A stretch of 64,000 nucleotides of DNA from the human T2T-CHM13v2.0 reference genome, Homo sapiens. Made by a program: the position numbers and the translations under genes. The notes beneath the pieces were generated by a model. The model searched no databases, was not told the DNA's origin, and saw only the letters and a list, made by a program, of their open reading frames with translations. Where the stretch lies: assembly GCF_009914755.1 (NCBI RefSeq), contig NC_060939.1; one strand, written 5' to 3'. This document shows, in pieces, positions 10,647 through 24,619 of the stretch (position 1 is the stretch's first letter; every line of letters starts with the position of its first letter).

Positions 10647-12592
10647 AAAAAGAAAAAGAAAGGAAAAAAAATATTTAAGAATAAATTTAACTAAAAAGGT
10701 GAAAGACATACATTGAAAACTATGATACATTGATACATGAAATTAAAGCATGTAAAATAAATAAATAAATGAAAAAACACCTCAGGTTTATAGATTGGAA
10801 GAATTAGTGTTGTTAAAATGTTCAAACTACCCAGTGATCTATGGATTCAAGACTATCCCCATCAAAATTCCAATGGTGCTTTTTACAGAAATAGAAAAAA
10901 CAATTTTAAACTTCATATTCAAAGTCATGAAAAACCCAGAATAGCCACAGCAATCTTGAGAAAGAACAAGGCTAGAGGCATCACACTTCCAGATTTCAAA
11001 ATATATTACAAAGCTAAGTAATTAGAGCAGTATGGCACTGGCATAAAGACAGACATGCAGTTCAAGGGAACAGAACAGAGAACCCAGAACTAAATCCAAG
11101 AATATTCTGATCTTTTAGAAGTGTGCCAAGAATATATAGTGGGGAAAAGATAGTCTCTTTAATAAATAGTGCTGGGAAAACTGGGTATCCATATGCAAAA
11201 AAACCAAAATTGGATTCCTGCCTTACACCATACACAAAAATTAACTCAAAGTCTATTAAAAACTTCAATGTAAGAAAAAACTGTAAAACTCCTAGAAGAA
11301 AACATGGGGTAAAAGTTCATTGATATTGGTCATGGCAATAATTTCTTGGATATGACACTGAAAACACAGGCAATAAAGTAAAAATGGACGAGAGACTACA
11401 TCAAACTAAAGAGCTTCTGCACAGCAAAGAAAACAGTCAACAAAAATGGAAGAGGAGAAGATATCTGCAAACCACAAGTCTCATAAAGGATAAAATTTCA
11501 AAATGTATATGGAGCTCCTACAACTTATAGCAACTTCTCCCCAAACAAACCAAAATAAAAGATCCAATTACAAAAATGAGCAAAGGACCTGAATGGACAT
11601 TCCTCCAAAGAAGACATACAAATGGCCGACACGTATATGAAAAGATGCTTAACACCATTAATTATCAGGTAAATGCAAATAAAAACTAAAATGAGATATC
11701 ATCTCTCGCCTGTTAGGATGGTGATTATCAAAAAGACAAAAGATAGAAAGTTGACAAGGATGTGGAGGAAAAGGAACCCTGATACGCTGTTGATGGGAAT
11801 GTAAATTAGTAGAGTTATAATGGAAAACTGTATGGAGGGCTCTCAAAAAATTAAAAATAGAGCTACCATATGACCCAACAATCCCACTATTGGTTATGTA
11901 TCCAGAAGAATTGAAGACAGGACCTTGAAGAGATATTTGCACACTCATGTCCGTTGCAGCATTATTCACAATAGCCAAGATATGGAAACAATTCAAGTGT
12001 TCATCAACAGATGAATAGACAAGGAAAATGTGGCGTATACATACAATGGAATATTTTTTTGGCCTTAAAAAAGAAGGTAATACTGCCATTGGCAAGAACA
12101 TGGATGAACCTTCAGGATATTATGCTAAGTGAAATAAGCCAGCCACAGAAGGACAAATACTGCATGACTCCACTTATATGAGCTATCTAAAATAGTCAAA
12201 CTCGTAGAAGCAGAGAATAGAATGGTGGTTGCCAGGGGCAGAAAGGAGAGAGAAATGGGGAGCTGTTCGGTAGACATAAAATTTCAGTTATGGTACATAA
12301 ATATGTTCTAGAGATCTGCTGTACAACATAGCGCCTATAGTTAATATGATATGTGCACTTCAAAATTTGTGGAAGGCGAATATTATTTTAATGTTCTTAC
12401 AACAGTCACACAGAAAAGGACACAAAGAAACTTTGGGAGGTGTTGGATGTGTCTATTGTCTTATATACATTGATTGTGGTGATGGTATCATGGGTGTTTC
12501 CATGTATCCAAACTCATCACATTTTACACATTAAAATGTGCAAGTCTGTATATATCAATTATAACTCAAGAGAGCTAGAGAAAAACAAAATA
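10159..12592 (+). mobile_element. L1MA9/L1MB1-like LINE-1, 5'-truncated (ORF2 3' half plus 3' UTR), split by AluJ
   Basis: Frameshifted ORF2 remnants ([15 protein letters not shown]; [14 protein letters not shown]); 3' UTR GTTCTAGAGATCTGCTGTACAACATAG. Confidence 0.9.
10337..10670 (+). mobile_element. AluJ inserted in L1
   Basis: GGAGGATCACTTGAACCCAGGAG...GAGGCTGCAGTGAGCCATAATC; long A tail; TSD about AGAAAGAATAAAA. Confidence 0.93.
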
Positions 12593-12781
12593 AAGTTAAT
12601 GGCTCTTATTTTCTCATAATCTAGAGGTAAACAGTATGTACATTTTAGTGAATTTTTTTCTGATAATTTTGTGCATATAACTTTTTTCATAATTTTAGCA
12701 GAAATAGGATCATATTACCCCTATAAATCACATTATTTCATGATCGATGTCATTAAACATTGTTTGAAAATTTCAAAAAGA

Positions 12782-12833
12782 TAACGTTTAACAAAACATC
12801 TAGTCTAACGTTTAACAAAGCATCTAGTCTAAC
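12782..12833. repeat. 24-bp tandem duplication
   Basis: TAACGTTTAACAAA(A/G)CATCTAGTC x2 plus TAAC. Confidence 0.95.
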
Positions 12834-14022
12834 TTTAGCTATGATTAGATGTGAGATCTAATGAATCTGAGACTTGAGATTCTCATTTGTCCTACCTGTC
12901 CCTCCCCAGACCACTCACAGCAACTGGATGATGAAACTGAAGGACTCGTCCGGAGCCTCGGGCGTCACACTCAGATCTCTGCCTTGACCCTTCCTCAGCT
13001 CTTTGCACGTGACTCACTCCAGTGCCTTCTTTTACTTCATCATTTTTATATCAGCTTTTCTTAAACACATTCCTTGTTGCCCTACCCTTTTTCATCCCTC
13101 TGGGGTTCCAGTGTCATGTATGCTTACTGACTAGTTCCTCTTGATTTCCTGGGGAGTAGAGGAGAATAAATTCCAACAAGTGATTCCCCATTTCCCAGGA
13201 GACTACTGCCCTCCTCAGTATGCCCAGCTGGCCCTCATAAGGGGCCTCCTTACCATTTTCTTGAGGAACCATTTCTCCCATGGTCCTGCTCAAGGGCTTG
13301 TGCATCAGACTCTGTCACCCTAAAACACCAAAAATTATGATGGGGGTTTGGAAGCAGACCCAACTTCCCATCAGTCAGCCCTTCCCACCTCACTCAGGAC
13401 TTGAGATCTCTTCCATTTGTCCTTGTCAGACCTCTCCTGTATCCTGAACCTAACACAATGTTCTACCGGCTTGTCAAGTGTCTCCCAGCCCTGGTCTCTC
13501 CTGGCTAAGGGGCCTGGGTTCTATGGCATTAGAAGGACAGTTTGCTGAGTCCCGTGTGCCTGATCCACAGCCACATGTAGCTGTCTGACCGTTTATTCAT
13601 CTTCTGTTTCTCTAAGACTCTTTAAAATTGGTGTTTCAGATGTATTCTTTTCTTCTCAATCCTCACTCCTTCTTGCAAAGCAGGTGACCTCCATAATACC
13701 TACAGCAAAAACAGATGATCTCACCGTCCCCATTTCTCTCCATGTGAGAACACTGCAATTGCTCATCTTTCTATCAGCCTTGGAGTTGAGGTGTCTTTCC
13801 ATTTCTCTGCCTTGGTCTGGGTTGTCTCCTATCCTACCTACTGGGAGATCCATCCCAGTCATCCCACCTCTTCTTTATCCCCAGCCTTCCTCTTCCCACC
13901 GCCTCATTCTTGTCTACTTTCTGATCCTCACAGTACTACCCTGAAAACAAAAATCCCCAGAAAACCCAAAGTCCTTGGCTGATGTTTCTGCCTAAGTAGA
14001 CTTCGCTTTGACATTGCCCCCC

Positions 14023-14323
14023 TTTTTTTGAGACAGGGTCTCACTGTTTCCCAGGCTGAAGTGTTGTGGCACAATCTTGGCTCACTGCATTTTTGACTTC
14101 CTGGGCTTAAGCAATTCTTTCACCTCAGGCTCCCAGGTATCTGGGACTACAGGCATGAGCCTCTGTGCTGGGCTAATTTTTCTATTTTTTTAAAAAAAGT
14201 TGCTGTTGAGCTGGGGTCTCACTATCATGCCCAGGCTTGTCTCAGACTCCTGGACTCAAGTGATCCTGCCTCCCTCAGCCTCCCAAGTGCTGAGATTACA
14301 GGCCTGAGCCACTGTGCCTGCCC
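14023..14323 (-). mobile_element. AluJ, full length
   Basis: GAGACAGGGTCTCACT...CTGGGCTTAAGCAAT; TSD TGACATTGC/TGAAATTGC. Confidence 0.92.
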
Positions 14324-14529
14324 TGAAATTGCTTGTTCTATGAGAGATGTTCTGGATGTTTATCATAACCTAATTTTATCCAGCGGGGGAAAAAGTGAGG
14401 CTCCCCATTGCTTCCTCTGGGCCTGCAACCTCCTGTGCTGACACTCAGTCTCTAAGCCCTGTTATTGTTTCTTCATAGACTCTGTCATCTGTCTTTGTCA
14501 TCTATTTCTGTTTCTCTCCCCTCCCTCTT

Positions 14530-15005
14530 TGTCCAGGTCTCTATCATCTCAAACATGGGATACTACCTGAGCTTTCTAACCAGTCTCTTCTATTTGAGCC
14601 CATGTGATAAGTAGCTGGCAGGTAAACAGCACTTTGGCTGTGCCACACCTCTGCTAAAAAAACAAGGATGACCCTCGATTCCACACAGGACAAAGTCAAA
14701 ACTCCTAACCTTACACAGGCAGAACCACCTACAATCAGCCCATATCCTATTTCCAGTCACATTTCTTTTAAACCCAAGTCTACTCCAATTACTTGTCCCC
14801 GAAACCCACCTAATAATTCCTAGTGTTTATGCCATTATTAATCTCATCTCCCTTTTGAAGTGAATTTTCCTTCCAGTTCACTCATTGAAAGTGCACACAT
14901 CCTGCTAGACCTGACTCCAGCAACATCTCTTCCTCATGTTCCCTCCTGACCTTACCATCTGGACATAACCTCTCTCTCTTATTGTCATACTTTGTGTCTC
15001 TTGAG
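14530..15005 (+). mobile_element. L2 fragment
   Basis: Pyrimidine-rich, with TTTCTAACCAGTCTC and ACAGGACAAAGTCAAAACTCCTAAC. Confidence 0.6.
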
Positions 15006-15139
15006 CATTCTTCCTCCTCCCAAATAAAAAAAAATTATTCACTTTATTAGGGAATTTTAGGTAAAATCTATTTGGGCTAAAAATTCATCATTTCTCTGTA
15101 TATATCTAGACTCAGCATTTTCTCTCCATTCTTTACCTT

Positions 15140-15612
15140 TAAAAATTATTTTGAGAATAAATAATACTGTTTATTAGAAAAATTTTTAGAACTACAGATA
15201 AGTAAAGACAAAAAAATCTTGAAACACAGAGATGACTGTTGTTAATATTTTGGTGCATAACTTTTCAGTCTTTTTTCATGGCACATATGCTTATTCATTG
15301 ATCAACTACTAATATTTCTAACCAACTATGTACTGAACACCAGGAATAAAATGACAAATCAGATATACATGCATTTTGTCAGGTTGTGCTCATATTCTAT
15401 TGTGTATAAATATAAAGGTAGTATAAACTATATAAATGTAATACACATGTATAGATGTATACAAATACATATGCATATACATGCTTATGTATATACATAC
15501 ACATATATTTACAAAAGTGGGATTATGTTACACATTATTTGTAACTTTCTTTTTGTAACTTTCTCCTTGATGTTTTTTTAATCAGCATGTCTTAATATCA
15601 TAAGTACATACA
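15140..15612 (-). mobile_element. Old L1ME 3' fragment (resumes at about 18570-18660), with TA/CA low-complexity sequence
   Basis: CAGAGATGACTGTTGTTAATATTTTGGTG, AAAAGTGGGATTATGTTACAC; continues TTTTTAATGACAGTAGAGTATTC after the nested L1. Confidence 0.55.
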
Positions 15613-15618
15613 CATCAT

Positions 15619-18568
15619 TATTTTCACCACCTGAACCGTTTTTAAGTATACAGTACAGTAGTGTTAACTATATGCACCTTCTTGTGCAATAGAACTCTAG
15701 AACTTTTTTATCTTGCAAAATGGAAACGCTATACTTAGTGAACAACATCTCCCCCTTTTCCTCCCCTCCACCAGCCCTGGCAACTGCCATTCTACCGTTT
15801 CCAAAAATTTGACTATTTTGGAAACTTTAAGTGGAATCATGTAATATTTGTGATTTTGTGACTGGCTTATTTCACTTAGCATAATATTCTCTAGATTCGT
15901 TAATGGCGCAACATATGACAAAATTTCTTTTATTAGGGTGAATAATATTGCATTTTATGTATATACCACATTTTCTTTATCCATTCATCTGTCTATGGAT
16001 TCTTGAATTGTTTGCATATCTTAGCTATTGCAAATAATGTTGCAGTGGACACTGTTGTGCAAATATCTCTTCAAGGTCCTATTTTCAATTCCTTTTGATA
16101 TAAAACCAGATGCAGGATTGTTGGATCATGCAGTAATTTTGTTTTTAAAATTTTCAAGGAACCTCAGTACAGTTTTCTATAGCTGCTGAACAATTTTACA
16201 TTCCTACTAGCAGTGTACAACAGTTCTAATTTTCTCACATCCTCACTAATATTTTTATTTTCTGTTTTTTGATAATGGCCATTCTAACAGGTTTCAGGTG
16301 ACATCTCATTGTGGTTTTGATTTGCATTTCCCTGTGATTAGTGATGTTGGATATCTTTTCATATCTTATTGGCCATTTGTGTTTTTGGAGAAATGTCTGT
16401 TTGAGTTTTGCCATTTTAAAATAAATTATTTCTGTTGATGTTGTTTGTTGTTGAGTTTTAGGAGTTCTTTATATATTTTCAACATTAACCCCTTTTCAGA
16501 TATATGGTTTTCAAATATTTTCTCCCATTCCATAGGTTGTCTTTACATTCTGTTCATTGTTTCCTTTCTGCACAGGAGTTTTTAAGCTTGATGTAGTTCC
16601 ATTTGTCTATTCCTGTTTTTGTTGCCTGTACTTTTGATGCCATATCCAAGAAATCATTGCAAGGACTAATGTCGTGAATCTTTTTTTCTATTTTCTTCTG
16701 GGAGTTTTATAGTTTCAGGTGTTTAGGTCTTTAATCTACTTTGAATTAACTTTGTATATGGTGTAAGATGAAGGTCCAACTTCATTTTTTTTTTTTTGCC
16801 CATGGATATCCAGGTTTCCCAACATTTGTTGAAGAGACTATTTTTCCCCATTGTGTAACTTTGGCACCTTATTGAAGATTATCTGACCATATATGTGAGG
16901 GTTTATTTCTGGGCTCTCTATACTGTTACATTGGTTTATGTTTCTGTCTTTGTGAGCACCATACTGTTTTGATTACTATAGCTCTGTAATAATGTTTCAA
17001 AATCAGGAAGTCTGAGCTCCTCAGCTTTGTTTTTCTTTCTCAAGATAACTTTGGCTATTCATGGTCCTTTGAGATTTCACAGAATTTCAAGCCTTTTCTA
17101 TTTCTGTAAAAAATCATTGGAATTTTGATAGGGATTTCATAGACTATGTATGTGTCTTTCATTTATTTGTGTTTTCTTTTATTTCTTTCAAGACAGTTCT
17201 GTAGTTTTCAGTGTACAAGTTATTTGCCTCCTAGGTTAAGTTTACTTCTAATTATTTTATTCTTTTTTATCCTATTGTAAATGTAGTTGTTTTCTTAATT
17301 TCCTTTTCATATTGTTTATTGTTAGTGTACAGAAACACAACTTTTTTTTGTGTGTGTTGATTTTGTATCCCACAGCTTCGCTGAATTCATTTATTCTAAC
17401 AGTTTTTTGGTGGAATCTTACATACAGGGTTTTATACATATAGGGTTATGTCTTCTGTGAAAAGAGATAGTTTTACTTTTTCTTTTCCCGTTTGGATGCC
17501 TTTTATTTATTTTATTGCCTAATTAGTCTGGCTAGAACTTTCAGTACTATGTTGAGTAGAAGTGGTGAGAGGTGGTAGGCTTGTTTTGTTCTGATCTTAG
17601 AGGGAAATCTTTCAGTTCTCCATGACTGAGTATATGTTAGCTGTGTGATTTTTTCATATATGACCTTCATTATGTTGAGATAATTTCCTTCTATTCCTAG
17701 TTTGGTGAGGGTTTTTTTGTTCATGAAATTGTATTGAATTTTTTTGAAATACTTTTTCTGAATCAATTGGGATGATTATGTCATTTTTGTCCTCCATTCT
17801 GTAAATGTGGTATACTGCATTGACTGATTTTCATATGTTGAACCATCTTTGCATTCCAGGAGCAAATTCCACTTGGTCATAGTGTATAATTCTTTTAAAA
17901 TGCTATTGAATTCAATGTGCTATTATTTTGTCAAAGATTTTTACGTCAATATTCACCAGGGATATCGGTCTGTAGTTTTCATTACTCATAGTGTCTTTAT
18001 CTCATTTTGCTATCAGGATTATGTTGACTTCATATAATGAGCTTAAAAGCATTCCCTCCTCTTTGATTTTATTGGAAGTTTGTGAAATATTGGTATTAAT
18101 TCTTTTAAAAACATGTGGTAGAAATTTTCAGTGAAGCCAGCTGGTTCTGAGTTTTTCTTTGTTGGGAGGTTTTTAATTCAATATTCTTACTAGTTATAGG
18201 TCTGTTCAGATTTTTTTTTTTAGTTTACAATTCAGTCTTGGTAGGTTGTGTGTTTTAGAAATTTATCCATTTCTTGTAGGTTATTCAGTTTGTTGGCATA
18301 TAATTGTTCATAGCAGTGTCATAGCATCAGTTATGTAGTCTCCTCTTTCATTTCTGATTTTTGTTATTTGAAGCTTTTCTCATTTTTTTCTAGTTGGCTT
18401 AGCTAAAGATTTGTCAGTTTTGTGGTCTCTTCAAAAAATCAACTCTTTGTTTTATTGATTTTTTTCTATTCTCGTTTTCATTCATATCTGCTCTAATCTT
18501 TATTATTTCCTTCTTTCTGCTAACTTTGGGTTTATTTGTTCTTCTTTTTCTGTTTCTTGAGGTGTGAA
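15619..18568 (-). mobile_element. L1MB (L1MB1/2-like), about 3 kb, 5'-truncated
   Basis: 3' end TTTTTAAGTATACAG...TCTAGAACTTTTT; ORF2 remnant LTKLGIEGNYLNIMKVIYEK; TSD about ACACATCAT/ATACATCAT. Confidence 0.9.
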
Positions 18569-19099
18569 TACATCATCTTTTTAATGACAGTAGAGTATTC
18601 TATGTGGGGATGTGCCAAAATTTATTTACCATATTTTCTATTGATTTAGAGCATTTCTTTAAATGCTAAAAATATGGCCAGCCAAAGCTTCACAAAAGAC
18701 CTTTCTGAACAAATAAAACAAATTTTAGCTTACTGGCCAGACATGCTTGGCTCATCCATTCTTCCTGTGCAGATTGCTCTCAACTAATCCTGTCCTGATT
18801 AGTTGGTGGTCTTAAAGTTGCCCTTTAGCTACCTGGGCTTCTGTGGTGGAGTAAAATAGAATCCCAGTCACTCAAAATGCTCCCTTTATGCCTCATAAAA
18901 GGCAGCATTGAATAACATGGCAGGAAGCACCTGCTTCTTTGAGAGAAAAAAGAAGAAATAGCTGAGATAAAATTTATAGGAATTTTTTTTTGAATGGCGA
19001 GGGACAGTTGTTTCCCTCACTTCTTCACAGGCTTGGATCTGCCCCCAAGCAAGTGAGATGTTATTATGGGTTCATGTCCATGAATGGTCACATTACCTA

Positions 19100-19333
19100 C
19101 CATATACTGAGCACCCACTACACACCAGGCATATTACTGGATACTGCAAAGGACACATAGGTGAATGGGACATAGGCCCTACTCTCCAAGAGCTTGTAAT
19201 CTAGTAATGGGATTGATTTGGATACATATAAACAAAATGCCAAATAGATTGCCAGTGCTATAATGAAAGGTACAAAGAAGCATGAAGGTTGGTGTGGGGA
19301 GAGAGCACATCCTACAGAATGGATCAGGGAAAC
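19100..19333 (-). mobile_element. L2 3' fragment
   Basis: TACTGAGCACCCACTACACACCAGGC...AAGAGCTTGTAATCTAGT...GATCAGGGAA. Confidence 0.7.
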
Positions 19334-19337
19334 TGGA

Positions 19338-22300
19338 CAGACCAAGCAGAGGAAAGAATCTCACAGCTTGAAGACTATCTTGCTGAAATAAGATAGGCAG
19401 ACAAGATTAGAGAAAAAAGAAGGAAAAGAAATGACCAAAATTTCTGAGAAGTATGGCACTATGTAAAAAGACTGAACATATAACTGATTGGGGTAACTGA
19501 AAGATGGGGGGAACTGAACTAATTTGGAAAACATACTTCAGGATATCATCCAGGAGAACTTCCCCAACCTAGCAAATCAGGCCAACATTCAAATTCAGGA
19601 AATATAGAGAACCCAAGTAATATACTTCATGAGATCAATCCCAAGACACATAATCATCAGATTCTCCAAGGTCGAAATGAAGGAAAAAACGTTAAGGGCA
19701 GACAGAGAAAGTCCAGGTCACCTACAAAGGGAAGCCCGTCAGACTAGCAGTGGACCTCTCAGCAGAAACACTACAATCCAGAAGAGATTGGGGGCCAATA
19801 TTCAACATTCTAAAAAAAAAAGAGAATTTCCAATCCAGAATTTCATATCCAGCCAAATCAAGCTTCATAAGTGAAGGAGAAATAAAATCCTTTTCAGACA
19901 AGGAAATGCTGAGGGAATTCATCACCACCAGGCCTGTCTTGCAAGAGCTCCTGAAGGAAGCACTAAATATGGAAACAAAAACTCGTTACTAGCCACTACA
20001 AAAACACACTGAAGTACAAAGACCAATGACACTATGAAGCAACTACATCAACAAGTCTGTAAAATAACCAGCTAGCATCATAATGACAGGATCAAATCCA
20101 CACATAACAATATTAACCTTAAATGTAAATGGGCTAAATGCCCCAATTAAAAGACACAGGATGGCAAGCTGGATAAAGAGTCAATACCCGTTGGTGCTGT
20201 AATCAAGAGACCCATCTCACGTGCAAGAATACACATAGGCTCAAAATAAAGGAATGAGGGAAAATTTACTGAGCAAATAGAAAGCAGAAAAAAGCAGGGA
20301 TTGCAATCCTAGTCTCTGAGAAAATAGACTTTAAATCAATAAATGTCACAAAAAGACAAAGAAAGACATTATGTAATGGTAAAGGGTTCAATTCAACAAG
20401 AAGAGCTAACTATCTTAAATATATATGTACCCAATACAAGAACACCCAGATTCATAAAACAAGATCTTATAGACCTACAAAGAGACTTAGGCTCCCACAC
20501 AATAAAAATGGGAGACTTTAACACCCCACTGTCAATCATTGAGATCATTGAGACCGAAAATTAACAAGGATATTCAGGACTTGAACTCAGCTCTGGGTCA
20601 AGTGGACTTGCTAGATATCTACAGAGCTCTCCACCCCAACACAACAGAATATACATTCTTCTCAGGGCCACATGACACTTACTCTAAAATTGATAATATA
20701 ATTGGAAGTAAAATACTCCTCAACAAATGCAAAAGACCTGAAATCATAATGAACAGTCTCTCACATCACAGCACAATCAAATTAGAACTCAAGATTGAGA
20801 AACTCACTCAAAACCACACAACTACATGGAAATTGAACAACCTGCTCCTGAATTGACTTCTGGGTAAATAATAAAATTAAGGCAAAAATTAAGAAGTTCT
20901 TTGAAACTAATGAGAACAAAAAGACAACATATCAGAATCTTTGGGATGCAGCTAAAGCAGTGTTAAGAGGGAAATTTGTAGAACTAAGTACCCACATTAA
21001 AAAGTTACAAAGATCTCCAAATGACACCTTAACATCACAACTAAAAGTACTAGAGAACCAAGAGCAAACAAACCTCAAAGCCAGCAGAAGTCAAGAAATA
21101 ACCATCAACTTTTAAAAAAGAATCAATGAATCCAGGAGCTGTTTTTTGAAAAAAATAATGAAATAGATAGACTGCTAGCTATACTAAAAAATAAGAAAAG
21201 AGAGAAGAATTAAATAGACACAATAAAAATTGATAAAGGAGAGATTATCACAGACCTCATAGAAATATAAACAGCCATCAGAAACTACTATAAGCACCTC
21301 TATGCAAATAAAATAGAAAATCTACAAGAAATGGATAAATTCCCGGACACATACACCCTCCTAAGACTGAACCCAGAAGAAGTTGAATCCTTGAATAGAC
21401 CAATTACAAGTTCTGAAATTGAGGCAGTAATAAATAGCCTACCTACCAACAAAAGCCCAGGACCAGACAGATTTACAGCTGAATTCTACCAGAGGTTCAA
21501 AGAGGAGCTGGTATCATTTCTTCTGAAAATATTCCAAACAATTGAAAAGGAGGGACTCCTCCCTAACTCATTCTATGAGGCCAGCATCATCCTTATACCA
21601 AAATCTGGCAAAGATGCAACGAAAAAAGAAAACTTCAAGCCAATATCCCCGATGAACATCAATGCAAAAGTCCTCAATAAAATACTGGCAAACTGAATCC
21701 AGCAGCACATCAAAAAGCTTATCCACCACAATCGAGGTGGCTTCATCCCCAGGATGCAAAGCTGGTTTAACGTATGCAAATCAATAAACATAATTCATCA
21801 CATAAACAGAGCTAAAGACAAAAAACACATAATTACCTCAATAGATGCAGAAAAGGTCTTCAGTACAATTCAACATCCCTTCATTTTAAAAACTCTCAAT
21901 AAATTAGGTATTGATAGAACATACCTCAAAATAATAAGAGCTATTTATGACAAACCCACAGCCAATATCATACTGAATGGGCAAAAGCTGGAAGCATTCC
22001 CCTTGAAAACTGGCACAAGACAAGGATGCCCTCTCTCACCACTCATATTCAACATAGTATTGGAAGTTCTGGCCAGGGCAATCAGGCAAGGGAAGGAAAT
22101 AAGTCAAATAGGAAGAGAGGAAGACAAACTGTCTCTATTTGCAGATGACATGATCCTATATCTAGAAAACCCCATTGTCTCAGCCCAAAAGCTTTTTAAG
22201 CTGATAAACAACTTCAGCAAAATCTCAGGATACAAAATCAATTGTGCAAAACTTACAAGCATTGCTAAACACCAACAATAGACAAGCAGAGAGCCAAATA

Positions 22301-24130
22301 ATGAATGAACTCCCATTCACAATTGCTGCAAAGAGAATAGCATACCTACGAATAAGCTAACAAGGGATGTGGAGGACCTCTTCAAGGAGAACTACAAACC
22401 ACTGCTCCAGGAAATCAGAGATGACACAAACAGGTAGAAAAGCATTCTATGCTCATGGATAGGAAGAGTCAAATATCATGAAAATGGCCATATTGCCCAA
22501 CCTAATTTATAGATTCAATACTATTTTCATTAAACTACTAGTGACATTCTTCACAGAATTAGAAAAAAACATTTAAAAATTCATATGGAAGCAAAAAAGA
22601 GCCTGACTAGCCAAGACAATCCTAAGCAAAAAGAACAAAGCTGGAGGCATCATGCTACCCAACTTCAAACTATACCACAAGGGTACAGTAACAAAAACAG
22701 CGTGGTACCAGTAGAAGAACAGACACATAGACCAATGGAACAGAATAGAGAACTCAGAAATAAGACTGCCTACCTACAACCATCTGATCTTCAACCAACC
22801 CTGCACAAACATGCAGTGGGGAAAGTATTTCCTGTTTAATAAATGGTGCCAGGAGAACTGGCTAGCCATATGCAGAAAATTGAAACTGGACCCCTTTCTT
22901 ACACCATATACAAAAATTAACTCAAGATGGATTAAAAACTTAAATGTTAAACCCTAAACTATAAAAACTCTAGAAGAAAATCTAGGCAATATCATTCAGG
23001 ACATAGGCATAGGCAAAGATTTCATGATGAAAACACCAAAAGCAATTGCAACAAAAGCAAAAATTGAGATCTAATTAAAAAAAAAGATCTAATGAAACTA
23101 AAGAGCTTCTCCACAGCAAAAGTAACTATCATCAGAGTGAACAGAAACCTACAGAATGAGAGAAAATTTTTGCAATCTATGCATCTGACAAAGGTCTAAT
23201 ATCCAGAATCAACAAAGAAGTTAAACAAATTTACAAGAAAAAGAAAACAACCCCATTAAAAAGTGGGCAAAGGCCATGGACAGAAACTTTTAAAAGAAGA
23301 CATACACATGGCCAATAAACATATATGAAACAAAGCTCAACATGACTGATCATTAGAGAAACGGAAATTGAAACCACAATGAGATACCATCTCACACCAG
23401 TCAGAATGGCAATTATTAAAAAGTCAAGAAACAACAGATGCTGGAGAGGTTCCGGAGAAAAAGGAACACTTTTACACTGTTGGTGGGAATGTAAATTAGT
23501 TCAACCATTGTAGAAGACAGTGTGGTAATTCCTCAAAGAACTAGAACCAGAAATACCATTTGACCCAGCAATCCCATTACTTGGTATATACCCAAAGGAA
23601 TATATATCATTCTATCATAAAGATACATGCATGTGTATGTTCATTGCAACACTATTCACCATAGCAAAGACATGGAATCAACTCAAATGCTCATCAATGA
23701 TAGAATGGATAAAGAAAATGTGGTACATATACACCACAGAATACTATGCAGCCATAAAAAGGAAGGAGATCATGTCCTTTGCAGGGACATGGATGGAGCT
23801 GGAAGTCATTATCCTCAGCAAACTAGTGCAGGAACAGAAAACCAAACACCACATGTTCTCTCTTATAAGTGAGAGCTGAACAATGAGAACACATGGACAC
23901 AGGAAGAGGAACAACACACACTACGGCCTGTTGGGGGAGGCTGGAGGAGGGAGAGCATCAAGATAAATAGCTAATGCATGCTGGGCTTAATATCTAGGTG
24001 ATGGGTTGATAGGTGCAGCAAACCACCATGGCACACGTTTTCCTATGTAACAGACCTACGCATCCTGAAAATGTATCCCAGAACTTAAAACAATAAAATA
24101 AAATAAAATAAAATAAAACCAAAAAAGAAA
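19338..24130 (+). mobile_element. L1PA11-13-like LINE-1, about 4.8 kb: partial ORF1, disabled ORF2, 3' UTR, A-rich tail
   Basis: ORF1 remnants (PRHIIIRFSKVEMKE; DLSAETLQSRRDWGPIF); endonuclease (MGDFNTPLS; LSHHSTIKL); RT ([16 protein letters not shown] at 21754-22281); many stops and frameshifts; (TAAAA)n tail. Confidence 0.95.
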
Positions 24131-24134
24131 GATA

Positions 24135-24425
24135 CATTAAAGCAGTCAATTTCTGGTAGAGAGAAATGCATACATAGAACATGAACATGTGACAGAGTTT
24201 GGTTAAAATATCAGTGTTGCTAGAGAATAAGCTATGAGAGCTAACTTGTAGGAGATAAATTATGGAAGCAAATAGAGGACCCCATTCACAAGTGCATTCC
24301 ACAAGAAGTGGATGCTCTAGACAAGTTTGAAAGATGAGTAGTTAGCAGGTGGAGAGGGGGAAAGCATTCCAGGCAGACGGGACATATGCAAAGGCACAGA
24401 GAAGGTATGAAGCAGCTTCACCCAG
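24135..24425 (-). mobile_element. L2 fragment
   Basis: GAAAGATGAGTAGTTAGCAGG...AGCATTCCAGGCAGA...GCAAAGGCACAGAG. Confidence 0.6.
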
Positions 24426-24619
24426 GTCAGGGGAGAATCTATCCTAAGACCATGTCCATATACCTGTGGTTTAAAAAGGCCTGGAACAAAAAATTTGGTA
24501 GTTGAATTTTTGAAGAATCAGCTTGCTATTGCATGAGGAATAAAACTGGTACTTCCCCCAAAGCAAATTGACTTAATAAAAAATCTGATTCAATCCAAGT
24601 TGTCCATCATTGCCCTGGA

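Noticed and set aside
19338-24130. Active LINE-1
   Set aside because: No 5' UTR, truncated ORF1, many stops and frameshifts in ORF2
24131-24300. 3' transduction after the L1PA tail
   Set aside because: No second poly-A or TSD, and the sequence resembles degenerate antisense L2
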